The position numbers and the translations under genes are program-made. From the NCBI RefSeq assembly GCF_000143415.4, contig NW_003314266.1, forward strand, positions 766,463 through 830,462: a stretch of 64,000 bases of DNA, in the 5' to 3' direction. The notes beneath the pieces are model-generated. The model ran no database searches and was not told where the DNA came from. It saw nothing but the letters and a program-made list of their open reading frames with translations. This DNA comes from Selaginella moellendorffii (Eukaryota; Plantae; Lycopodiophyta). Of the stretch, positions 11,203 through 21,807 are shown piece by piece; positions within the stretch are counted from its first letter, which is position 1; each line of letters opens with the position of its first letter.

Positions 11203-13882
11203 GCACCGGTTCTCTTTGTTATGAAAAAGGATGGAACCATGAGGATGTGTATTGACTATCGAGCACTCAACAAGATCACGGTTAAGAACAGTTATCCTTT
11301 GCCTCGCATTGATGACTTGTTTGACCAACTCTTAAAGGCTAAGTATTTTACGCGACTTGATTTGCAGTCCAAATATCATCAGATACGGGTGGCGGATCAG
11401 GATGTGGAGAAGATAGCCTTTAAGACTCGATACGGATCTTATAAGTTCCTTGTCATGCCGTTCGGGTTATGCAATGCTCCAGCAACGTTTAGCACTATAA
11501 TGGATAGAATATTCGGAGATTATCTAGACACATTTGTTGTCCTATATATCGATGATGTTCTAGTCTTCAGCAAAACGTTGGAGGATCATTTAAAACACTT
11601 GGAGCTGGTGTTTCAGAAGTTGCACGAACACAAACTGTATGCTAAGGAAAGTAAATGCGCTTTTGGACAATTGCGCGTAAACTTTCTCAAACATATAGTT
11701 GGTGGTGGCGTGATTGAGGTTGATCCAAAGAAGGTGGAAGCGGTGAAGTCTTGGGAAGTCCTGACCACTGTATCATATGTTCGTTCCTTTCTCAGTTTGG
11801 CGGGATACTATTGCAAGTTTGTCCTTAATTTTGCAAGAATTGCTCTTCCGTTGACTGAGTTGACGAAGAGTAGTATTCTATTTCATTGGACACCAGCTTG
11901 CCAGCGTGCTTTTGTATGGTTGAAGGAGATCTTGACTACGGTTCTTGTTCTTAGGATCCCAGATCTTGATAAACCCTTCGAAGTGCATTGTGATGCATCT
12001 GGATATGCTATTAGTACCGTGTTGCAGCAAGATTGTGACAAAGCGGTTGGTGTTACGCTAAGGCGACATGGTTGTCCCATTGCGTTCTATTCCAAGAAAT
12101 TGGATGAAACCCAACAAAGATGGCCAACGCATGAGAAAGAGATGTTTGCTATAGTGTCGGCCCTGGAACACTGGAGACACTACTTGGGTGGACATACCAA
12201 GGTTTATACGGATAGTAACACACTGAGCTACTTTGCTATGCAGCCTAAGCTTACGCCAAAGCAGGCTCATTGGCAAGAGAAGCTTGCTAGATATGATATT
12301 GAAATCATATATAAACCTGGTAAAGACAATATTGTTCCGGATGTGTTGAGTCGTCAAGTTCAATTCCGGGCAATATCGGCAATTAGTTCAAACTGGTTGG
12401 AGGATGTTCAGGCTTCATATGGAAGTGATCTATTGGCGAAGGCAATCTTATGCCATGCAGGGTTGTTGAAGCAAAGCCCTGGTAGTGAAGCAGCAAAAGT
12501 TGCTAGTCACACTAATGCAAAGCTTCACTTCTCAGTTCGAGATGGGCTTATATTCTATAAGCAAGAAAAATTGTATCTTCCCTCTAAGGATCTGCAATAG
12601 TTGTTTCTGCAGGAACATCATAATGTTCTGGCAGCAGGACATAGTGGGAAGCAAAAGACTCTGGCTTCATTGAAAAAGGGATTTTTCTGGTCTAGTATGG
12701 AAGGTGATGTAACAGATTATATCCGTTCCTGCCCTATATGCCAGCAATGTAAGTGCAGAACTGAGAAGCAAGCTGGAAAGTTGCAATGCATTTGAGCACC
12801 GGCATGGCCATTTCAAAGTGTGACACTTGATTTCGTCACTTGCTTGCCGAAGTCTAAGGGTTATAATACTTTGATGGTGGTTGTGGATCGGTTATCGAAG
12901 ATTGCACACTTCATTCCAACTGTGGGTATAGTGAATGCGAAACAAGCAGAAAAGCTCTTTTTCCATGAAGTAGTGTGAGTTCGTGGTCTTCCCGAAGAGA
13001 TGATCTTGGATAGGGATTCGAGGTTTACGGGAAAGTTTGGGGGCACTCTGTTCCAGTTGTTTGGTACCAAGTTAAAGTTTAGTATGGCTTATCATCCTCA
13101 AATTGATGGGCAGACCGAACGCGTGAATGCTCAAGTTGAGGATTATCTGCGGTACTATGTCGCGGCGGACCAACGCGACTGGGTTGAGCATTTAGACAGC
13201 AGAAATCTGTTATAACAACACATTTCACAGTGTTATAGGCTGTTCTCCATGGGAGATGCTGCAAGGGAATGCTCGTGGGGTTCCTCAACAGATCGTTGTA
13301 CTGAAACTAATGACCGAAGTGTTGGTCCCAGCCATTGAAACTTATGCGGAGCAGCTATGCCAAGGTTGGTCTAAAGCTATTGAGGCGATGGGCAAAGCTC
13401 AGAATAGGTATCGACGTGATAAGGATCAGCATCATCAGGATGTATCCTATCAAGTGGGAGATCATGTGTGGCTATCTTCCTGGAACTTGAACATTAAGGG
13501 TTCTTTATCTCGGAAGCTCTTACTGAGATATGTTGGACCCTATCGGGTGTTGAAATGAATTGGTGATATATCCTATCGGTTGGATCTTCCTGTGGAGATG
13601 TCCCATATTCATAATGTATTTCATGCCAATCTCTTGGCTCCTTACACTATGGATGTTGCTCAACATGGGATGGTTCGTCCGCCACCAGATGTTGTGGACG
13701 GTGAACCAGAATATGAAGTTGAAGCTCTCTTGGATGCTCGATCTTGAAAACAGGCTCGTGCGAAAGAATATTTAGTTAAGTGGAAAGGTTACCCATCTTG
13801 TGAATCAACTTGGGAGCCTCTTAGGAATCTTACACATGCTCGTGAGCTTGTCACGGGGTATGAGAATCGTAATAAACATTAG
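11203..13882 (+). pseudogene. pol: Ty3/gypsy chromovirus pol (RT, RNase H, integrase, chromodomain), 5' part missing from this window, with stops and frameshifts
   Basis: RT: APVLFVMKKDG..CIDYRALNK..MPFGLCNAPATF..YIDD. RNase H: CDASGY..DVLSR. Zn finger: HH..CPICQQC. Integrase core: DFVT..VVVDRLSK, DRDSRF, YHPQIDGQTERVN. GPY motif: YVGPYRV. Chromodomain: [26 protein letters not shown]. Stop at 13880-13882. Confidence 0.95.
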
Positions 13883-13972
13883 CTTTTGTAAACCTTGTAA
13901 TAAATCTTGCAAACTAATAAAGTAATATATTTCTATAAATCAAAGTGTTGTTTCTTTTGTTCATTCGTACTT

Positions 13973-14470
13973 GGGTCAGTTTTGGCAGGTTGACTTTGGC
14001 ACTTCGGTGCATGGGTTCAATCCATAACCATGGGGATAACTATTATGGACTGATCACAAGTCCTCGCCTCTCTCTCGATGCGTAACTTTTGAAAAGGGGC
14101 GTGGTCGTGTAAACAACTTAATCTGCCAGTTTATAATAGTTGTCTAAATCTTTCCGATGGGGTTGATTTCTTGCTCAGGGGAAGCTGGGCCTCTGGCCTT
14201 TTCCCTATGTCCCTACAGGCAGGGATGTATCATTCCTTTGTAAGCCTAGTGGTACTCGAAGCAGCAAGGGTGGCTAACTCCGTTAGTCATTTCTTTGTCG
14301 GTGACGGTCGGAGGGTGTCTGAGTCTTAACGTCTTTAGACGTAGAAGAGAGGTCGTTCCATATATCATTTAAGTCGGTGTGTTTCCCACATAGTGTGCTT
14401 TTCGTTAACTTTCGGAGTTGTTTCCTTGACGGTTTGCTAGACTCGGGTATACATTGACGAGGACGTCAAT
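13973..14470 (+). ncRNA. Candidate structured RNA in the retrotransposon 3' UTR (copy 1)
   Basis: Run of hairpins, homologous to 27429-27933 with compensatory substitutions (see findings). Confidence 0.6.
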
Positions 14471-14490
14471 CTTCCCCAAGGTGGGGAGAG

Positions 14491-15215
14491 TATCGCAAAT
14501 GTGACTTCAAGTATCGAAAGATACTTGTCAACCAGTCCTTACGGACACTCTTTCCTTATTGTTATGATGGCAGGAGATTGGTATAGTTGGATCCCTTTAG
14601 TAGCCCCTCTTGTGTTAGTGGAGTTAACTGGGCATTTCGAGTGTACTTAAACCGGACAAGCATAAGGACGGAATTCTTATATGCTATTAGCTAAGCATAC
14701 TTAGCCCGGTAAAGAGTTCCTGTCTCGTTATGCCTTGCACTTGCTAGTGACAAGAACCCTCGCATATTGAGACTAGTCCCTCAATATCACTGGATGATAG
14801 CTTACCATATCTGCCAAACACCCTCGCTATCACGCCCTTTGTGTTGGTCTCATTTCAGTCCCAAATGCTATTTAAGACATATAGACATATGGGGGGTTCT
14901 AAATGTATAGTATGGATAGTGGTTGGAATGCATGTCCGACCGCCTGAGACATTAGTTTGGCTCCCGCTAGGCTGTGTCGCTCTTTGTTCTGCGTCTGGCT
15001 TAAGTCTAAGCCCAAGCTCCACGCTGCTCTAGTTGGTGGGGTACCCTCCTCCTCGCGTTAGGCCACCGGTATACCAAAATTGTGCCAGACTCTGTCTAAC
15101 ACCATTTTGCGTGCAGGTGCTGGATACGGGGAGCTGGTGCTCATGGGATTGTACCGGACCCTCGTTTCGTAGCGCAACGGGCTTGGAGTTCAGCTCCAAA
15201 TTCAGGTGCGCTACA
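14491..15215 (+). repeat. 3' LTR of the chromovirus (family C-related, shorter variant)
   Basis: Follows PPT AAGGTGGGGAGAG (14478-14490). Starts TATCGCAAATGTGACTTC (compare TGTCGCAAATGTGACTTC at 27953) and ends GCGCTACA. Confidence 0.8.
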
Positions 15216-16029
15216 AAAAGGGGCAATTGCTTAATGAGAGAGCCCTTAATGGTTATTTTATCCCTATTTATCCCCCAAGGTTCCAAGGATCCATGGTGAT
15301 AATATATCTAAATCTCATTCCATGATCACATATGCTATACTCACCCCCCCTTTGACTATTGACTAACAACCTCTACTAAGCCAAGGGGAACCAACACCTT
15401 CATTTTCGCATTGAATCAACCAATCTTTTAATTGTGTAGACTAGCTATTCCATGTAAAGCAACTAGTTATCCACTCATATCGCAGTCCTACGGTGGATAC
15501 CTTCATCCGTGGATACTCCACACAAGAAGAAGGACATACGCATGGATGCCCAATATATATAATTTCAAATTTAGGGGTAGGAATATGCCTTGCTTAAAGG
15601 TATATTATGTTTTTAAATAGCCACTAGTCAATGGGAATTGAACCCGTGCCATTTGCTCCGATACCACATGTAACACACCCTATCTCTCTCCCTTTAAGCC
15701 AACTGAAAAATGGGCAATTGCTTAATGAGAGAGTCTTTAGTGGCTATTTATCCTTATTTATCCCCCAAAGTTCTTGTAAGCAACCAAAGGGAACGACTCG
15801 AGAGACGATCCATGGGGTTCAAATATAGAGGGAAAAGGGCTCATGAATAAGAGTGCACCCCCTTTTCCAATTGGTTAAAGGTCTTGGGATATTTGAGGTT
15901 AAGCGTCTTTGGGTTTGAATAGTACTGGGCTGGGTGACCTCCCGGGAAATCCAAATTCAAGAGCTTACATTTCCAAGGATCCATGATGATAGTATATCCA
16001 AATCTCATCCCATGATCACATACACTACA
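15216..16029 (-). mobile_element. TRIM (family D): 5' LTR 15669-16029, Met PBS, ~330-bp internal region, PPT, truncated 3' LTR 15216-15339
   Basis: Direct repeat GGGCAATTGCTTAATGAGAGAG...CCATGATCACATA in both LTRs. Reverse-complement PBS GCTCCGATACCA at 15655-15666. PPT complement CTCACCCCCCCTTT at 15340-15353. Confidence 0.8.
15775..15969 (+). mobile_element. Cassandra-like solo LTR with a 5S rRNA-derived segment
   Basis: TGTAAGC..GCTTACA. Contains GTTAAGCGTCTTTGGGTTTGAATAGTACTGGGCTGGGTGACCTCCCGGGAAATCC. Flanks GTTCT/TTTCC are a decayed TSD of the empty site GTTCC seen in the sister LTR. Confidence 0.88.
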
Positions 16030-16899
16030 CTATAGTCAAGCTCCTTGTCATCATATGAGATTTCCTCCACATGCTCGTCTTATTTAGACATTTTTTATGT
16101 CTGTGGAGATTTGTAAGTAAAACACTCGGCATTAGGCGACTAGGAGATGTAGTGTGGTGGCATCAAAAACGCCCAAGTGAGATCTTGCATAGACGATGCT
16201 TCAAAATTGAAGTTGACAGCTTGTAGTGGTGGCATGAGGACAAAATCACTCCACCTAAACAAAGGTGCACTCGACCTAGTAGGCGGCGGTGATGGCATTT
16301 GCTCTTGCACGGCCCTAGGTGGTGTTTGAGCTTTAGTACATTGCTTTAGAGTTAAGCTTGGAGTGCCGGTGCATCTTGGCAAAGGCATAGGCATAGAGTA
16401 AATGAAAGGGAAAGAGCAAGAGAGAAAAAAAAGCTCCTTAACTACCTCCAAATTACCTAAATTGCCTTGTCTTAATGCATTAGCTCTAAGCTTTGTCTTC
16501 TTGCCTTTGTTTGCTTTTGTATGCAAAAAAATCTTTATTTGTATGCTTTGTTTGTTTTTGTATGCAAATGTATTATGGATTTTCTTTTCCTTGTTAGCTT
16601 AGTAATCTCTACTTATTAATCATTGTGGTTTGCTGGTAGAGTTTATAGAAAGGGGTAAAAAAAATATAAATGTTACTCTTAGAGTATTTACCCCTTTTTT
16701 TCTTTTCCTTTAACTCTTCCATTGCCTAGAGAAAATTTTGAGGGAAAATTTGCTTCAGAGAAAGAAATATTTTTCCAATGCATCCTTTGATTTCTTTCTT
16801 TGGAACTTCTCTATTAAAGAAAGCATTCATATACATAAATGTTTATTTAGTATAAAGATGAATCTTTCCTAGGGACATATATTTTCCCTTTATTTTAGG

Positions 16900-17925
16900 T
16901 GAACATATCAAGATATTTTAGTGTTTAGGCATGGATATATTTTTTGTAGTAATGTGGGAGTTTTGTGTTGATACACATGGTACCTCATTAGTGGATGAGT
17001 TTGACATGGCTGCAGCTCAAGTCCATGTTCTTCAACAAGGTATTGATCTACCAAAGTTCTACACTATATGTGGCATTTCCCATAAACTCACATCACAATG
17101 TTAAAATGTATTGCTCCTCTACCACAAACTTTTGAGCTTTCTTACTATGCGGAGGCACTTTTATAGGAATAGAAGCTAAACTTTGGCCTCCTTTAACCTA
17201 TGTGCTCTGAGACCGTGAAGATCGTTGGCTTGTGAAAGGAGCAAATAAGTCTATTTACAAGTATATCACACAGTTTCTTGCTTACTAGGAGTGCTTGGCA
17301 CACCAGGTGGTTATAGAGAAACACTATGGAGTGATAGCCTTTGTTTTAGGACTCAAAGACAACTTGTAGGCCAAAATATAAAAGCAATGGTTTAGCACTT
17401 ACTTCTGTCATTCATTATACTTGTGGCATTAACTGAGTTCCTCGAACTTGCATTCTAGAGGAGAAACAAATGAATACTATGGATGTCACATTGGCAGAAA
17501 TGTAGTGGTATCACATTCTTCTATAAAAACACATCAATAGCAGCAAGGTAAGATTTTAAAGGAGTTGGAACACCTTAGAACACAAGTAGTTGATTGTAGA
17601 AGTTGCCATATGGGGCACTGATGTTATTTGAGAAAAAGAAAAATGGCTTTATATGTATGTGCATAAATTATTGATTGCTCAACAAGCATACAAAGAAGAA
17701 CAAGTATCTTTTACCAAGGATTGAGGACCTGTTCAATAGGTTGGGAAAGGGGAAATACTTCTTGAGAATTGATGTAAGGTTAGGATACTACTAAATCAAA
17801 ATAGCAAAGGAAGATGTCGAGAAAACAACTTGTCAAATGAGGTATAGAAACTTTGAGTTTCTAATGATGCCTTTTGGGCTGTGCAATATGCTGGCAACAG
17901 TCTTAGCGCTAATGAACCACATTTT
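16900..17925 (+). pseudogene. Decayed Ty3/gypsy gag-RT remnant
   Basis: ~17690-17900 reads [54 protein letters not shown]. The left boundary is approximate. Confidence 0.75.
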
Positions 17926-18052
17926 TATACCTTATCTACTATTACATCTATTGCAACCATTATAGATCCACTCATGATAGGTCATGTTGTTGGCAATTAC
18001 ATTCAAAGTTGCATCCACAACTTTAGGAAGTGTTGCAATGACCTTTAACTGA

Positions 18053-19165
18053 TGTAGCGTATGTGGTTTTTACCCTTTATCCTAATAGGATAACCACAAA
18101 GCGGAACCTAAACCCTCTATGTGCCATGTGTCATATACCACATGTCCAAAGGACAGTGGTGTGGAACCCAAATTTCAAGGCCTTAGGCCACTAAATAAAG
18201 AAACGGTGCCAAACTCCCAAGTATGGAGCCAAGAAGCAATGGCACTAGAGCACAAAATAACTCCCGAACATATAACCCAAGGAGCAAAGGGACAGGAGTA
18301 TGGAGCAACTTGGATCAATCCTAAAACAACTAGCATTTCAATGCTAGGACTAACATGCAAAACGAAGCCAAACGGAGTTTGGCACTATTTCAATATATCG
18401 ATGGCCTAACATGAGGATATGGGTACTTCACCAGCTAACATAGTGTGGAACTTGGGTTTAGACCCAAGCCAAACATAGAACAAGGACAAACACGCAAGTG
18501 GGAGCTAGACTATGCCTCAAGTTGGTCGGCTATGCCCAACTTACCCACTTTCCCTACTATACATTTGGAACCTCCTATAGCCCCCCCCTTGAGGAACACA
18601 CACTTTGGGCTTTCACCCCAAACCTCCCTTAATATCAAAAGTTAGTCTCTAGGATAAGCTCGAAACTTACTAAATATGGAATGTCCCTAAATTGTGAATT
18701 TAGACATGGGACAAACACCATTGTGTTCAAAACAATCTCTACATTGCATAAATATGCCAAATTAGCAAATCTATATAGTTTCCATAAATAACATTTGGGA
18801 CCGGAATGAGACTAACACAAAGGGCATAATAGCGAGGGTGTTTGGTAGACATGGTAAGCTATCATTTAGCGAATATTGAGGGACCAAGCTTAATATCGCA
18901 AAGGTTCCCAACACTAGCAAGTGCAAGTCAACGAATGAGTTTCTCTAACCAAGTCAAGTATGCTTGACTAATAGTACTTAGGAATTCCGTCTTTATGCTC
19001 ATCTGGCCAAGTGCACACGTGAAAACTAGTTTCTCAACTAGCTTAGGCAGAGACTGATAACAAGTCCAGCAATACCGACCTCCTGCTGTCATAGTAGTAA
19101 AGAAAGAATATCCGAAAGGACTAGCCGACAAGTAACTTTTGATACCCGAAGTCACATTCATGACA
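18053..19165 (-). mobile_element. Solo LTR, family C, with TSD ACTGA
   Basis: Diverged reverse complement of LTR 21808-22940. TG..CA ends. ACTGA at 18048-18052 and 19166-19170. Confidence 0.9.
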
Positions 19166-19220
19166 ACTGACAATTATTCCTTTATAGTAAAGTCTAGTTA
19201 TTAAGTGCCAACTTTGACAA

Positions 19221-21711
19221 TGTAGGTCAAGGGGAATATATTAAGGCATGTTAGGGTAAACTTACCCTAGGGTTCACAATGGAGCAGTAGCATGGGGGTG
19301 GTTGGGAGCATAGTCTAGGAAGACTAGACATTTTATATTTTAATGCTAGGTCTTAACATTGGTATTAGAGAAGTTGGTTGTAATGGCCGACCAAGATGAA
19401 TGTTGGAATCTTATTGTTGATAGTGGTGCTAATGATGGTGTTAATGGAGGGTTTGGACTATTCAAAATGTTGTTCATAAGCTAAAAGCCTTTAATTAAAA
19501 TCAGCAAGAGATCCAAAACAAAATCTATGGCATAATAAATACCATGCGTAAGCGTGTTGAAGCACTTAAGGCTAGACATGATGGCACTCCATATAAGACT
19601 TCCTTGGTGAATTGACTCAAGATTTCAACTTTTTCTGATGGTGATAGTGTGGATAACTTATGTTGTAAATAAGAAACCACTAATGTTTACCATAAATGAG
19701 TTTAAGGTTACTTTTTGTTTATATTTTGCCCCTTACTATAACATAAAGAATTCTTGCATAAAACTTCAATATTTTTGGTAAGGGAAAATAACACTTGAAG
19801 ATTATATTGAGAAGCTTACTTACTTGATTAACCGTATTTTAACAAAGAATCCAAATCAAAATAAATCCCACTTTATTGATGGCCTTTATAGTGATAGCAT
19901 GTGGCAACACTTGTGTCATTCTCAACCTAAAAAGAGTTTGGAAGAGCTCTTTGATGTAGTTTATCGACTTAACAATAACAAACACAAGTCTTGCAAGCAT
20001 TCGAAAAGTCCTTCTGTTGAGAATCATAGTGATGATCCCTATGAACACAAGGATGGGAACAAATATCATAAGATGAAGTCTGTACTTTAGATGTAAAGAA
20101 GCAGAAGTTCTTTGTGAAGAATTATAACTAAGATTGTCATCATTGCGATGAATTTGGATACTATAAGGTTGATTATCCACAATTGAAGCACAAACAATAT
20201 AGCAAAAGGAATGGCCAATCTTTTAATGATGGTACGTCAGATATTAAAAAGTTATAAAATTTATAACATGGGGAGGATGAGGAAGACCATTCTAGTCGAA
20301 GGAAGTGGCTTTCAATCGTTGCTCATCAACTCAACTATATGTAGAACAAGATAAAGCTCAAGGACACTCATACATTAGCTTTAATGCTGGAGGGCATGTT
20401 CCATAGAGGACCAATATGGATTTTATTAGATATTAGGAGTGATGACAACTTTGTTTTGGCAAAGTTTGTTAAAGAACATGGCCTGGTGACATGAAGAGTT
20501 CTTCTATACACAATGGAAAGTATAATTACCCTACTTAGCATTTTGATGTTTATGTAGAGGGGTTGGAAGTGTTGGTTGGCAAATCCACACTTGTAAAGAC
20601 TTTTTATTTCATGAATATTTATCGTGTGGATCTCATTCTTGGGATGTCATGGTTAGCAAAAGTGGATTTAAAGATAAAATGGAATATTAAATATATTTCA
20701 CTAAAGTATAGTGATGCCAAAGATGTAATTTAGAGAGGGAATTTAGCCTCTAGTTGTTATACTCTTCACCACATCTTTCAAGTGGGTTTGTCATAATGGA
20801 TAAAAACTTTTAAGTTACTTGTTGTGTATTCATGACTTGGGGGATTAAACCATGTATGGGGAAGAGGTAGTAGTGCAGGATATACTCAAAGAGTTTTTCA
20901 ATACTATGTAGAGGAGCAAGAAGTTCAATGACAAATCAAAGAATTACTTGATTTGAATTCATTTAGCCAAATAATTCTCTATTTGGTGCCTTGGTCTTGC
21001 TTATAAGAAAGAAGGATAGTTCAATATGGATGTATATCATAAGGTATTACTATGCCTTAAACAAGAAGTTGATGCTGCATGAAGATTTAGACAAACTTGG
21101 TAAAGCATAAGTGTTTACCAAGATTGATTTGAGGAGTGGATATCATCATATTGCAATATTAAAGTTAAAATCATGGAGTTTAGAAAGTTTTCCATTGAGC
21201 ATTATCAATTCTAGAAGAATAAAGTAGGTGATTTCATCTTTGTGCAAATGATTTTTCTGTCATGTGAGCAGCAGAACACCTTAGTGCCTTTGTGGAATGG
21301 GAAGAGTGATAAACTTTTCATAAATATGCTCGTCCACTGGAGTGCATTAGTAAGGCAATTTATTGCTAGGGTGAAAATTCATCTAATATTTTATATCAAC
21401 CAATTGAAAGGTGTACTTTCTTAGAGTGAAAGGACCAATGCTTCCTTGATATATACAATTGTGGAAGATGGACCAAAAGCTTGAGTAAGTTTCCTCAAGA
21501 ATGATGATCACAACTTCTCTTTAGGACAAAAACTTTGTTGGGGGGGAGGGGGGAAGAATTAACTCAAGGGTAAAGAATTTAACTTACCCTAAGACTCACA
21601 ATAGAGTGGGGAGCTTTTGAGGTAGCTTGGGGGTGGTTAGGAACCTCAAAAAGAGGTGTAGTATAATTTAAGAAGATTAAACCTTTTGTTTTCTAGCATC
21701 GGGTCCTAACA
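19221..21711 (+). mobile_element. Old, internally deleted Ty3/gypsy element with short LTRs
   Basis: Diverged LTRs end GGTCTTAACA (19358) and GGTCCTAACA (21711). Decayed PBS TGGTATTAGAG. G-rich PPT near 21540. RT remnants LVLLIRKKD..YALNK..FTKIDLRSGYHHI. The start coordinate is approximate. Confidence 0.7.
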
Positions 21712-21807
21712 CTAGCTATAGGAACACTTTACAACAATGCACACTAGAAGCTCCACCACCTCTAGACAAAGGCAATTAGGGCATTGTAAGGGTGAATGTG
21801 GAGCAAT

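Noticed and set aside
10402-12600. 732-aa ORF as a gag-pol with a repetitive N-terminus
   Set aside because: It is chimeric: sequence before 11203 belongs to LTRs of two other elements, as shown by the TSD and termini.
13973-14470. Hammerhead ribozyme, group I/II intron or telomerase RNA identity for the structured block
   Set aside because: No CTGATGA..GAAA core, group II domain V or group I P7 motif seen. CTAAACCT at 27601 is not conserved in copy 1.
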